NCBI GenBank assembly: GCA_951406725.2
Contig: OX597825.1
Span: forward strand, 43,400,001-43,464,000
DNA: 64,000 nt
From: Octopus vulgaris
Taxonomy: Eukaryota
Reading direction: 5' to 3'
The notes beneath the pieces were generated by a model, which worked only from the letters and a program-made list of their open reading frames with translations, was not told the origin of the DNA and ran no database searches. Below, in pieces: positions 14,083 through 27,434 of the stretch. Positions within the stretch are counted from its first letter, which is position 1. The number at the start of each line of letters is the position of its first letter. The translations under genes were made by a program, and so were the position numbers.

Positions 14083-15735
14083 TGTCTGGTCCAAAATGTA
14101 ATTTATAAATGTACAATAATGACTTTAAATAATAGCTATCTTTATTCCGGTTGTTCGGTAGATCTAAAAACACGTTTAAACAACCATTTAAATATAAGGC
14201 AGGTTGCACAACATTCTCCAGTAAAATTTGGGAACTGAAAAGAAATAATATAGAATTTAACCTGAAATGGGATATAGTAAGAAAGGCACGGCCTTTTAAA
14301 AATAGTAGAGAGGGTTGTGAACTTTGTTCTATGGAAACATATGAAATTTTAAAACATAGGAATAATAGAAACTTGTTAAATAACCGTTCTGAACTAGGAG
14401 CATCTTGCATACATTGCACAACCCGTACGTTTAAATATTTTGAATAATAATATTGGGACCATTCCTAAATTTTCAAATTCTAATACTTTATAACTAAATA
14501 AGAATGAATATACCATACTAGCTTTTATTCAACATGCACAGATTACTAAAAAACTTCATTGCATATTTAGAATTAAATTCTCTTTTTTTTCTGATAATCT
14601 CCTATATTAAATAGAAAACATTCTATGTCTCTAAGGAAATTATTCAGTTCATCTTGATTACCTCACTTCCATATTTTAATATATTATTGACCCCGGATAT
14701 TTTTACCTAACTGATTAGTTTTTTCTCTGCGGGTAGTAAATATTATGTCTAACAGATTTTTTAATTTAATTCATTAATAACAAATCACCATCAACTAAAT
14801 CTAAGAAAATTACTCTTCTTGATTACTTCTCTTCCTAAAAATAAATCACCATCTACTAAACCTAAGAAAATGACTCATCTTGATTACTCCTCTTCCGCTT
14901 TTTCCATTATATATTATCAACTCCTAATATATTCACTTAATTAATAAGACTTTTGTTATTGAATATTATGCCTACTCATAATAAATGATAGTTTTTTTCT
15001 CTAAACTTAATAAATATTAGATTTAAAATTCTCTTTTAATCCAACTTATTAAAATAATCAGCACCTACTAGCTAAGTATAAATCTGATACATATTGGTAT
15101 ATGTTTGTATAAGTGTAAAGGAATCTCTGTATTTTCTATAACTATTTAGTATATAGATGATTATTGTGACCATTTAGCATTGACCTAGTTTTCTTGATAC
15201 AAAATCTGATTGCCAAATAGTAGGATACAGCCTCTAAGACAGTATAATCCCCCTTCCACTTTAATTTCTTCAGGAATAACTTTTGACATTTATTTCACCC
15301 CTACCTATTTCTATAAATAGAAAATCTCTTTTGTCTCCATTCAACAGAATATCCCTCCCCACTTTCTAGCAGATCAAAATAACTTAAAGAAAATCTTCAG
15401 TCAGAAGATAAATTCTAATACCTTAATGTTCTTAACATTTAAATCAACATCTCTGTCTGTATATCTACCCTCTTTATAATGTTATCAATTAACATGAAAA
15501 TAAGTATATGTATTGATGGAAAACCTCTATAAATGTCTGATGATTGCTCAATATTTTTAAAATGTTGTAATACTTACAATGTTTAATAAAATGATATAGC
15601 GTGAAACGATCATACCAAATTACCGAAGATATTCTTGTTGCTTATTTTGATTATAATCACCCTATGGGTTTATATAGATAACACCGTACAAAGTTCTGGT
15701 GCATCTGATTCATTTGAATCTAAATTTTGCTGAAT
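14083..15735 (+). mobile_element. Naiad-type PLE 3' part: GIY-YIG, long 3' UTR and pLTR with degenerate HHR (~15537-15613)
   Basis: CLVQNVIYKC..YSGCS..KTRLNNH; KWDIVRKA..CELC..LLNNRSEL..CIH; CTGATGA...GAAACGATCATA. The tail is homologous to 20087-20240 and 58100-58265. Confidence 0.75.
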
Positions 15736-16407
15736 ATACATAGAAGTAAATATATGGCACAACGAAGTACCGATATTTACTGGAAATAGCGAACGTAATA
15801 ATACGACGCTAATGTATAGCTTCACCGCTATTAGCATTAGCGTCGTATTATTACGTTCGCTATTTCCAGTAAATATCGGTACTTCGTTGTGCCATATATT
15901 TACTTCTATGTATAATTTTTACCTCGCGGGCTATTCTTTACTGGAAAGCAATACTTTCGTATTGCATTACTAATTTTATTGAAGCTTCTTCACCGTTCTC
16001 GTTCTGTTAGCGTTTCGGCGTTTCAGTCGAGTGTATTAGCATTGATGTGGTAACATCTGAAATGTTGTCGTGGTATATGTTTGGCTGACGAAGATAAATC
16101 AAGTATATGTGTGGAGGTATATCTTGAAAAATCTGAAACCGGCTCCGGTCCCACATTATCCTTTTCTAGGTATTTCATCTTTCAGATGTTCTCCCTGGAG
16201 GTAAGACAATTTTTTTCAAGTTTGTTGCACTCACGCATTTTTGCTAGTACATACGCGGTGAAGCTATACATTAGCGTCGTATTATTACGTTCGCTATTTC
16301 CAGTAAATATCGGTACTTCGTTGTGCCATATATTTACTTCTATGTATAATTTTCCCTCGCGGGCTATTCTTTATTGGAAAGCAATACTTTCGTATTGCAT
16401 TACTAAT
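15735..16407 (+). mobile_element. Non-coding HHR element: 434-nt unit x1.3 plus inverted partial copy
   Basis: Direct repeat 15835-15974 / 16269-16407; 15735-15828 is the reverse complement of 16255-16348. Confidence 0.8.
16082..16153 (+). ncRNA. Type I hammerhead ribozyme
   Basis: TGG-CTGACGA-AGAT..ATCT-GAAA-CCG GCTC CGG-TC-CCA; cleavage triplet GUC. Confidence 0.8.
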
Positions 16408-16779
16408 GTTATATATCTCTTATTATAAAAGGCAGATTTTATCTGCCTCCCTTTGTATCTTATGGAAATCTACAATATAGGATTTCTTCAATTACAATTT
16501 ACCTAGCATTTTTAAGAGTAGAATGCATCGGGTCGTGCCAGGTCCAGTTTTTAAAATTTCAACCCCAATTAAGCAAAATTTAGAGAAAACTCACATTGTG
16601 GTGTGTATGTCAAATGCTTTTCTTAGTGTGGGCTACAGCACACGCAAACGCACACACACACAAACGGAGCGAACTGTTTCACTGACGCTATCACCCTAAT
16701 TTCTCCTCCTCCTTTCTCTTTGCAAGTGTGCAACGATTAAAGTGAAAACAGTGTATCCGACAGCGATAAAGAAAATGAA

Positions 16780-17402
16780 TTGGCACCTGAATGGAGGGAA
16801 AATTTAAAAACTGTTTCTTTCGGTGATTTTTCTGAAGAAACTGGACCAAGCCACAGACTTTCCCAGGAGAGTAAAGCCTTAGACTATTTCTTTTTACTTT
16901 TTCGAATGAGCCTATTTGAAATTATTACGGCGGAAACGAACTGTTACGCTAAACGTAAACAAAGCGAAAGAAACGATAGTTTGTTATTTCCCACAGCCTT
17001 AAATGAAATTAAGGCCTATTTTGCCATAAATATTATTATGGGTATCAGAAAGTTACCCAGAATAACAAATTCTATCGTAAAATTTTGTTGTATACCCAAT
17101 TGAATATTAGCTAATAACCCATTTTCTATAGCGATGTTTGAACAAAATTTCAATAATTTTATATTTTGTTGAATTTACCTGTATCTACCTGCAATTAGAG
17201 TCACTTTGTGACAAAAATTATAGTATAGAATTGGTTGAGAACATTTCATTAAATTATCTTCCAAAATTTACGTTAATATATTGATAAATAAAAAAGTTAT
17301 TGTTGTTTAATGAAACCAGAATAAATTTATGATTATATTAGAAATTAATTGAAACACATAAGGGGTGTATTTTGGTCAGAAATATAGTAACGAAAGGGTT
17401 AA
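16780..17402 (+). mobile_element. piggyBac transposase fragment and piggyBac-type terminus
   Basis: DYFFLLF..IITAETNCYA..EIKAYFAINIIMGIRKLP; ends in AAAGGG followed by TTAA at 17399-17402. Confidence 0.7.
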
Positions 17403-17510
17403 GAAAAACCAAAAAATATTTTATTCTTTATAAATGTTGTGTTCAAAATAACATTTTCTTTTAAGAATGTGTATATAACAAAGTATGTGTATATAACTAC
17501 GTGGCTTATA

Positions 17511-17906
17511 TCTTTATATATAAAACTGAAGTTGTGTGTCTGTCTCCTACGATTTAGATTCATAACTACTCCCACATTTTGCGGTGCAGTGTAACCAAAC
17601 CCGGGTATCTTATAGTCGTGAGTCATATCGAGCCCTTCTGGGTATTAGCGCGCGTCTACGATGAGTCTACGATTTTAAAAAAAATTACCATCATATTTTT
17701 CCATTTTAATGCATTTTATTCGCTATTATATAAGGGAAGTAACTCTCTAAAAATATCTACGATGTGTCAACGATTTAAAAAAAAATTTACCTTAATTTTT
17801 TTTCCATTTTTAATGCATTTTTTGCTATTTTTTGGCTATAACTCTCTAAAAATGCTTATATAGTTATTTCCCTTACAAACCCGAGCAACGCCGGGCGATA
17901 CTGCTA

Positions 17907-17907
<1 letters not shown>
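17511..17907 (+). mobile_element. Non-autonomous Helitron
   Basis: A|TC start (TCTTTATATATAAAA), 3' hairpin CCCGAGCAACGCCGGG, CTAG|T end, internal ~90 bp tandem duplication. Confidence 0.8.
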
Positions 17908-17965
<58 letters not shown>

Positions 17966-17969
<4 letters not shown>

Positions 17970-18160
17970 GGTCCCGGGTTGATTCGGGGTTAACCACAGT
18001 AAATAAGGTACTCAATACATAGCAGAGTAAAATTAATTTATTATATAGAAGGAGCTTCTACAGGACTAGAACTGTTTCATTCAAGAGAAATCATCAGGAA
18101 GCTCCAGATGATTTCTCTTGAATGAAACAGTTCTAGTCCTGTAGAAGCTCCTTCTATATA

Positions 18161-18170
<10 letters not shown>
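17966..18170 (-). mobile_element. Minimal palindromic HHR element in (TA)n
   Basis: Arms ~18034-18096 and ~18108-18170; unique tail 17966-18033; (TA)n on both sides. Confidence 0.8.
18051..18105 (-). ncRNA. Type I hammerhead ribozyme
   Basis: GGAGCTTC-CTGATGA-TTTC TCTT GAAT-GAAA-CAG TTCTAGTC CTG-TA-GAAGCTCC; 8-bp stem I; triplet GUA. Confidence 0.85.
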
Positions 18171-18206
<36 letters not shown>

Positions 18207-18210
<4 letters not shown>

Positions 18211-18790
18211 AAAGAAATGGAGCAATAATAAACAGTGAGGAGTTGATCATTGGTATTAAAAGGTTATAGTTTAGTTGTAGTTCAGAAATGGAAGTAAAGC
18301 GAACTCTACCGCACTAAGTAGTTACATCTGGAAACCGAAAGGCAAGAACACTTTATATAGATTAGAACGGCGTATCCTAGCTTAAACATCTTCATATAAC
18401 CTTCATGATAATCACTGTAATTTATGCATAAAAGAGAAAAAGCCTCATTTTAATAGCCAAATCAGAATTACTTAATAAACAAGACGAGTAAAATTAACAT
18501 GTTAGCATAAAGATAAATTCTTATTCTCTGAATACCGCGAATACCCATATTACAGGTTGCTATCTGACCTTCCAAACATCTTAGTACCTCCCTAACCATC
18601 CCAGCTACCACAAAGCATAATTTGAAAATTCTACGTTCTACGTTGTACAGCTGGGCATATAATCCTCTATAATATATTTACTTTAAAGCTAGATTGCCGA
18701 CTCACACAACACGTTATATTTCTATTGATTTTTATTAATTTCTCTGCTCTTTATCTTTTTTATTCTTTTACGTAGCCCGTATATATATAA

Positions 18791-18846
<56 letters not shown>

Positions 18847-19390
18847 TATGTCGTACTAACTTTGAAAAAGTATTCTTAGTTTTTAACAAGGGCATTATTT
18901 GTAATCATAGATACTAACCTAGCTGTCACTAACAGCGTTATATATGACAATTACAAACACCGGATATCTCCACCAAGTATAACTCCTTCGATGAACACCG
19001 CCGGTCGACTAGACATTTTCTCCACTTACCGCTCCATTCACCTAATTGAAGAAACGTACACACACATGGAAAGTCACTAAAATGTAAGCCTAAAGACTTA
19101 ACGAAATTTTTTTTTTCTTTTTCCTTTTCCTTTCATTTCCCTTTTTCTCCTATTTCTTTTCCGCTAAATCATTCTGACGATGTTTGTTAAATGAAACGAG
19201 ATAAATACAAATTTACTTCGATTTGATAAACAGAAACAGCTGTAAATGTTTCTGAAATACAATTAAACTATGACTTTTTAATGCCAATGATTAACTTCTC
19301 ATTGTTTGTTATTGCTCCATGTATTTTATTTTCTATATATAAAACCACGATTTTATCTTTCAGTTACCAAATACTGTATACCTTATAACT
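18207..19390 (+). mobile_element. Naiad-type PLE 3' fragment with inverted terminal copy
   Basis: NSTALSSYIWK..HCNLCIKEK..LLNKQDE; 18208-18278 is an imperfect reverse complement of 19258-19333. Confidence 0.75.
19170..19248 (+). ncRNA. Type I hammerhead ribozyme
   Basis: CATT-CTGACGA-TGTTTGTTAAAT..ATTTGATAAACA-GAAA-C AGCT G-TA-AATG. Confidence 0.85.
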
Positions 19391-19900
19391 AAGAATATAC
19401 TTTTAGATTTTAAATCAAGTCTATTATATTAATTCTAATTATATTAATTTATAAATTAATTCCTTCATATATATTTTTTTCATTTTTAAATATTTTTCTC
19501 TTTATATTTTTTTCCATTTGTTTTTTCATATCTTTGCATATCTTCATTCGTATGTTTCGCGTAACATTCACCTGAATTTTTGTCATTTGTATTTTAGTTT
19601 GGATATATGTATCTTTTTAATGTTTTCATTCTTATAATTCTATATTTTCTTCTCATTAATATATATTTTTTCTGCATTCGTATATATTTTCTCATTCGTA
19701 TATATTTTTCATTTATATATATTTTTTAGGCGTAATTCACATTTAATTCTTAAATTAATTATGGCTTAAACTGCAAGATTCAATGAATTTATCTACACAT
19801 CTATATGTTTTGACATACCTACCAGAAATTTATTTATACATCTGTATAGTTTGATATACCTGTAAGCTGAAATATATAATGATAGATAAAATTATAAATG

Positions 19901-19965
19901 GTGGACCTGAAGATTGGGTGTCTCAAGAACATAGTGCACAACCTCATGAAACACGTGTAGTCGAC
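19901..19965 (+). ncRNA. Type I hammerhead ribozyme (imperfect stem II)
   Basis: GTGGAC-CTGAAGA-...-GAAA-C ACGT G-TA-GTCGAC. Confidence 0.7.
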
Positions 19966-20218
19966 AACTTTGAACATGAATAGTAAGTATTAAATATAAT
20001 TTTCTATGACATGGTTGAATTTATATTCTGATTTCATGAATTTATGGGGATTTCTGTCTCTAGTGACACTTTGATATATATATATAAGTTCAGTAAAATT
20101 TAGATTCAGATGAATATGGTACTTAAGTTAAAGACACCAGGATTTAGTATAGTATTATCCATATAATTCAAAATGGCGTGATTATAATCAAAATAAGCAT
20201 CAAGGATATCCAGAGGTA

Positions 20219-20308
20219 ATGCAGTACGATCGTTTCATGCGACTCACATTTATTTGAACAATGCATACATTACGTCAATTTAAAATGTGGAGCAATCTTT
20301 AGCTGCAT
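20219..20308 (-). ncRNA. Hammerhead motif with G5A core change, in a PLE pLTR
   Basis: ATGCAG-CTAAAGA-...-GAAA-C GATC G-TA-CTGCAT. Confidence 0.65.
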
Positions 20309-21154
20309 AAAAATAGAGAATTTAGTTAAATTCGAAGGACCCATTTGTATAATTTTCTTTTTCTCCAAAATCACCAAGAGTATAAATAGATAGACAAAGA
20401 ACATGTTTTATCAATATCACAGTTGTAACTGAGATTTTTTCAAAGAAGACTCTGCTTATCACTGATTATTTGTGTTATTCATTTGCAGGCTAATGCTAAT
20501 GGAGTAGGGAGAGTGAAATCTTAAGTATAAAGCATTTACCTACTATAAAACAATGTTGTCTGTATACACACAGATATATTTTAGAGTTAATTATAAAGAG
20601 CACCAAGAAGAATATACATACAGTATTATCAAAACTTTTTACACAATAGTGGGACAGAAAATATAGAAATAATTCCATATTTATATATTTCTATACTAAT
20701 TTAACATATATTTATAGTTATTTATTAAATGGTAATTATTGGTATTAATAAAGGAAAGTTAGGTTAAAGGGATATGTTAAAATTTATATATTAAATATTA
20801 ACAATTATAGTTTGAGCATTTCTCTTATATCATAAACAGTTAATATACCTGCATAGTTTTATATAAGCTAAGTGGTGATATTTGTGGCGAATGTGTTGGT
20901 GAGCATGTTTGTGTTTCAAGTGACGGTGGATGAGTATATACATATAGGTACATGTACGTGGTTGTGTGGGCGCGCATGTGTATGTATGGACAGGCGCGCT
21001 TACGCGATTACTAGGAACATTTTTACTCCCTTATCTTTACTCCCTCCCCTTACTTAGCGGTTATTCTAATAGCTCTTTTGTCTTAGTAACGGTCAATCCC
21101 AGTAATTTCCATTTGTTTTAACGGTCATTTTCATAGCATTTTTTTCGATGGTCC

Positions 21155-21215
21155 GATAACTGAAGAGATGCCGGCGTGGGTTTCCGCCCCAACATCCGAA
21201 ACTCGGAGTCTTATC
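21155..21215 (+). ncRNA. Type I hammerhead ribozyme (slightly decayed)
   Basis: GATAA-CTGAAGA-GATG..CATCC-GAAA-CTCGGAG-TC-TTATC. Confidence 0.7.
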
Positions 21216-21317
21216 ATGGCGACCGGATAACTGTCACATATTATATTTACAGATAAATTCCTCTATTTACATAATATCGAGGTCTCTTTCATTCTTTCGT
21301 TGTCTTGCCAGTTCTAT

Positions 21318-21349
<32 letters not shown>

Positions 21350-21352
<3 letters not shown>

Positions 21353-21545
21353 AAAAAGGGACAGGCAACAGGTTGCTTGGCCGCATACCGAAAAAGTAGA
21401 AATAGCAGTCAAGAATGCTTATTTCTATTTTCCACAAGTGGGGCTCTACACACGACAAACCCTGCAATTCACATATGCAAAACAGAAAACGAAGTCTGGC
21501 GGTTATCTGCGAACATCATGTTTCTGGATTATAAACATATTGAAT
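21350..21545 (-). mobile_element. Diverged fragment of the 548-nt HHR element family
   Basis: Collinear similarity to 52040-52243 (CATACCGAA..TAGAAAT.GCAGTCAA..AAGTGG..TGTTTCTGGAT). Confidence 0.65.
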
Positions 21546-22701
21546 ATATATTTCATATATACTTCATATATATATATCGGTAAATGGATATGTTGGTAAA
21601 CAGATAGATACATAGGTAAGTAGATAGATAGGTACATAGGTAATACGGACAGACAAGCACACACAAACACACACACAAAGAGATACGGAAATACATGACC
21701 ATATATACACACACGCATACAAACGCACAAACATCCACCCAGGATCACATGAATATGCAAAATACATACATACGTACACACGCGCATACATACATATATG
21801 CATACACATATATATATGTGTGCATATATAAGCACACATGCACACTGACGCGTGCACATGTCCGCATACAGGCAGAAAAGAACACAGCTCCAATAACGGA
21901 CAGAGTTAACACACATTGGCAAGGTTCGAAAAGCAATGAAAATTTTGCAAGCAAAATACAAATATTAAATGAGTGGAAATTGAACCAGTGAGTGTGCTAG
22001 ATAATAAGGCATTAAGACAATATGACTCTCCCGACACACAATATATAAAATAAGGAAGTAGTCTCCCAGTAGTGTCGTTTGATTGTTTGATGTTTTTTCC
22101 CTCGGATTCCGCAAATGTTGTGTTTTTCTTTTACATCTTACAAAAATATCTCTAGAGTTGTGTGTGTATGTGTGTGTGGCGGAGGAAGTAAAATAGAGAA
22201 TTAATTGAATCGATATGCATTTGTAACACTGACTTTAGTATTGTAGGTATAGGAACACTTGTCATTGAGCAGATACTTACGATTTTTTTATTCACTGTAT
22301 GATCAATATCTATTTGTTGTGTAGTTTCTTCTTTTGTTATATGTCAATCTATCAGTACCGTAATATAACATTACACAAAATAAAATCACTCTAAATCCCT
22401 ATATTTTTCGTATTAGCACGTATAGTTAAATAAAGCTTATGGCTTCTTATTCTTAACATGACTGCTGTTGAGATAACGGAAATATTTTTCTTTCAATATT
22501 AGCATTTCTTTATCCAAGTTTTAAGTTTTATATTAGCTTTTTGTATATTTTTAATTCTAAACTTCTCCATCTACTTTCCGTTATCAATAAATTGTACCAA
22601 TCAATAAACGTTTTTGTTTGTGTTTTTTTTTTTGATAGAACATATATATACATCTACACCTACCTAGTTACCTACCTAGACATACACACACACTCAAACT
22701 C

Positions 22702-22719
22702 ATACACACACATATACTA

Positions 22720-22791
<72 letters not shown>

Positions 22792-22975
22792 CATATATAC
22801 ATACATACACAAATTTTCATTTCTATACCTATATATTTGAATATGCAGAGATACTAATGTTCGTATACGGATACGTGCATATATACAAATATAAACAGGC
22901 ATGAAGTATATATACTTATATATGCTATATTCTATGTGTGTGTAATCATATGTATAAACATACACTATAAATACA

Positions 22976-23039
<64 letters not shown>

Positions 23040-23130
23040 ATATATATATATATGTGTATGTATATATATATATATATATGTATACGTATACATACATATA
23101 TACATATACATATATATATATATATGTATG

Positions 23131-23180
<50 letters not shown>
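22702..23180. repeat. (TA)n-dominated compound microsatellite
   Basis: Directly visible. Confidence 0.9.
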
Positions 23181-23182
<2 letters not shown>

Positions 23183-23890
23183 TATATGTACGTTTCTGTC
23201 CTCATATAAATCTGTTCGACTTTCTGTCTCTGTATTCCGATAAGCTTTTACTCACCAAAATGAAACTATACGGAAGTAATTAAAAACATATTTCAAACAT
23301 AAACAGAGAATCAGTTACTTTTTTAGTTAACATTAGATGAAGCAAGAAGTAAGAAGAATAACAGTTTTCAAATGAAGATGACTAAGTAAAAACATATATT
23401 AAAGATGTGTGTGTCAAATCTGACATTTCTACTGACATTATATTATCACAGAATGCAACGGAAAAATTAAATTCGTTCATCGAATTCTGACATTCTGTTG
23501 CCAACACAAAAACTTCAATTGTTTCAAACTGTAGTTATTTGCTGCTAGACATTTGAGATATTAGACATTTTCCCTTCTTTTACTCGTATATATTGCAAAC
23601 GTATGCACACGCACACACACACACATACACACACACACACACAAACACACAAACACACATACACACTCACACACACACACAAACACACACACACACACAC
23701 ACATATTTATATATCTCCTGCTATGTGTAGATGTATACATAACTATATATATGTATGCATATACATTATATAGTCGAATAGAAAACACATACACACATAT
23801 GTGTGTGTGCGCGCGCTGTTTGTATTCGGCTATATAATGTATATGCATACCTATATATAGTTATGTATGCATCTACACTATCTGGCGATA

Positions 23891-23926
<36 letters not shown>

Positions 23927-24262
23927 TATATATATTTGGCCCGACGAGTAGCTAGTGGACTACCCCTCGTTTGTGTAATCACTTCTTCCGTGATTCTGGT
24001 TGCTATGAAGCATATGTGGCCGGCATTTTATCAACTCCATTCCCCACTTTGGGGTTTTTATTCGCATACAAAGCAACCCCAGCTACTAACCGTGACCTAT
24101 AAAATAACTTTTTTCAGTTTATCGAACTTCGATAAGGGAAAAGTTTACAACCTTCTACGTCAATAAACCATTATTGTTCCTGAAAGTTTTTCATGTGTTC
24201 TACGGACTGCTCGATGTTTACTAACTTCCTAAGCGTTTATCTTTTGCATAATATATATATAT

Positions 24263-25268
24263 ATTACAATGAAAATTGCGGGCGTATGCACGTTAATATC
24301 CTTAAGCTATTACACCTGGAAAAGTACAGAACAAGATTTCTACAGTAGAACCTGCCTAATTTGTCACCTCTGCAGGAAACTAAAAAGTAATTAAATTGAA
24401 AATTCTACTGTATTGCATCCGAGAATAACATTTTTAAAATGTATTATATTTTATAAAAGCAAAAATTATAAAAACATCACTGGGTTTTTCCAAAAATTGG
24501 TCCATTCGATTTTACGCCTATGGGCTTATATTCAGAAACTCTTTTCATGTACAGTCTCAGTAATTTTTATCATATTCAGAAATAAAAAGTTTGCTAAGCA
24601 AAATTATTTTAGTCTGTAGTTAAGCAGTATTTCAAATGAAATAGAGTAGAATTAATTTTCAAAAATACAGTAGAATTCGCCTAATTTGTCATCCTTATGG
24701 AAAACCGAGAGTGACGAATTAGGTGAATTAAAGAATTAGCGAAAGACGAATTAGGCTAATTCTACAGTATTAATGCTATCTAATAAAGTTTACTTATGTT
24801 TTATTTGTCAGATTTAATTTTTTTAATGTAGAAGAAGTAACTGAGCATATGGTTGATTTGAAACCATTTAATGACCATTCTACTACAATCAATTTTTTTT
24901 TCTTATGGAATTTCATTTCAAGTGGAAAAAAAGTATTTGATACAGCTAAATAAAATGACTATTTTCATTGTATATTTTTTGCTTATTTTTTTTACCGTGT
25001 TTTTAAAAATTTGCTTGTTTTTTAGATTCTAATAATAAATAAAATAAATTATCTCAAGTTTACTCAATATAATACATTTTGATTTTAGAAATCTTATTTT
25101 CGGCTGCAATATTTTAGGTAAGTAGAATTTTAATTCGAAGTACTTTTTAGTTTCCTTTTAGAGATGACGAATTAGGCAAATTCTACTGTAGAAATCTTGT
25201 TCTGCACTTTTCCAAACGTAATAACCTAAGAATATTAATATGCATGCGTCCGCATTTTTCATTGTAAT
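24263..25268. mobile_element. MITE/foldback element with ~190 bp imperfect TIRs
   Basis: 24263-24450 is the reverse complement of ~25066-25268. The TACAGTAGAA..GCCTAAT motif recurs internally at 24667 and, inverted, at 24745-24770. Confidence 0.75.
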
Positions 25269-25627
25269 TCACTTTTTCCAGGCAATGCAATAAAGATAAT
25301 AGATATTTTTTTGTTAAAAAAAATCTTAAATATTTTTCATTATTAATAATTGAATTCAAATAAGAATATTATGATGTGTTTTTATTTTAAATTTCACATA
25401 TTTTTCTTAAATTCTAAAAATAAGAAAACGTTATTTGCTGCAATGGCTAATATAAAAAGGATTTTTTAAATGTCAAAATAGCCATTGTATCCAGCGTTAG
25501 GCACGAGGAGCCATCTGCTCTTTTGCTTTTTCTGAACAGCATTACGAGAAACCTTCAGGTATCCCATTTAAATAAAAAAACAATAACAATATTGTATCTT
25601 CTTCATTTCTTCATCATTCAATACAGT

Positions 25628-25702
25628 ATCCCTCATATTATTTTTTTCATTATTATTGTTGTTGTTGCTGTTGTTGTTATAATGATAATAATAATAATAA
25701 TA

Positions 25703-25750
<48 letters not shown>

Positions 25751-25780
25751 GTTGTTGTTATTATCATTATTATTATTATT
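25628..25780. repeat. (ATT)n/(AAT)n/(GTT)n microsatellite
   Basis: Directly visible. Confidence 0.9.
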
Positions 25781-26189
25781 AGGCCCTGTATTCAATACAG
25801 CACCCCAGTATAGAGAGGCATCAAAATTAAAGCATGCATGCGATATTTATGATAAATAAACAAGTACTTGTTTTGTGTTAATTAAATGAAACCTACTTGT
25901 ATATTTATTTCGTTTAGAATTAATAATTTGTTTAGGATAATGAGAAATATAATTATAATTGTAAAAATTATTACTTCCTATAACTGCACTGTATATAAAA
26001 TGTTTATACTGAAGCAAAGTTCATAGTACGAACGCGCCAAAAAAATAAAGTGCGAACATTCATTATGAAAAATAATTTTGTATATGATAATGAATATTAA
26101 TGTAATATTAATTTTATAGTAAAATCAAGGAATAAATGAGCTATATCTATGTATATTAAGAAGAATTAGCAAGAAGAGGTATGAGAATA

Positions 26190-26490
26190 GTTTTCATAGC
26201 CAAGGCAATCACCAGATATAAACCCTATTGAACACTTCTGGGACATGATGGACAAGACACTTCATGAAAAGAACAAGAAAGTGTCTTCAAAGGCAGATCT
26301 TTTGAGATTACTGCATGAAACTTGGCAAGAAAAATCGCAAGAGAATATTCGTCATGTGATCAGTAACATGCCAAATAGGGTCCTTGCATATAAAATATTA
26401 ACATTATAACGTGTAATAAATATTTTGAATGTATAATTTCAGATTGAGATAAATTTTAGTGATTATAAGTTTGTCTATTTGCTTCTATCA
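26190..26490 (+). mobile_element. Tc1 transposase C-terminal fragment (inverted duplicate of 31118-31420)
   Basis: QSPDINPIEHFWDMM motif. Confidence 0.8.
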
Positions 26491-26543
26491 TGTGTGTGTG
26501 TATGTGTGTGTATGTGTGTATGTATGTATATGTATATATATAG

Positions 26544-26605
<62 letters not shown>

Positions 26606-27171
26606 GTAAGTAAGAAGAAAATCTGGTCATATGAATAGTTTAGCCATGGCTAATACAAAATTTTTTTAAATGCAAAAATAGTCAATGCACCCACCGTAAG
26701 ACAGGAGGAGCCACCTGCCCTTGTTAGGGCAAAGTTAGCTTGTTAGTCGAAATTCATGCAAAATTTAAAAAAAGCCTCTAATTCAGCTACTGTTCTTATC
26801 AACTTGCCTGAAAATTAAAAAAATCTAAATCCTGTTACTCTGAAAATCGAGTTATACTATCTGAAAGCAAAAACTTTGTTAATTTACCCCAAAAAATAAT
26901 AATTTAAATTTTGCTACTCTACTCTTAATATTGAATTAAAGTTTAAAAGCAAACAAAAATACTTAGCAAAACTTCAGAAGTTCTTACAACTTTGGTCTTT
27001 CGTTTATTGAATAAAAATTCCTCCTCGTATAATGATTTTGGTCTCATTTTGTGATAGACAACTATCATGCAGAAAATGCCAGTTTGTAAATCCTGTTTTC
27101 TGACAAGGATTAAACTATAAAGCCTCAGTAAAATTTTTCTGCAATAAGTATATATGTATATGTACGTATGT

Positions 27172-27229
<58 letters not shown>

Positions 27230-27230
27230 A

Positions 27231-27261
<31 letters not shown>

Positions 27262-27434
27262 TTTATTTACGATGGACACCAGAAAAGAGTCCACTTGTCA
27301 TCAGTTGTTGTCATCTTATCCCCTCTCTCCTTAAAGCTACGTATTCGTCAAACTCACATTTGTTTCGCTTCACATGCGTTTTAAAAGTTATTCTGGACCC
27401 GATATTAAAAAAAACACTCTAATATTCTTTTATT

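Noticed and set aside
25435-26722. Diverged ~85-bp direct repeat (25435-25522 / 26638-26722) as an LTR pair
   Set aside because: No TG..CA ends, PBS, PPT or internal coding; more likely two old repeat fragments.
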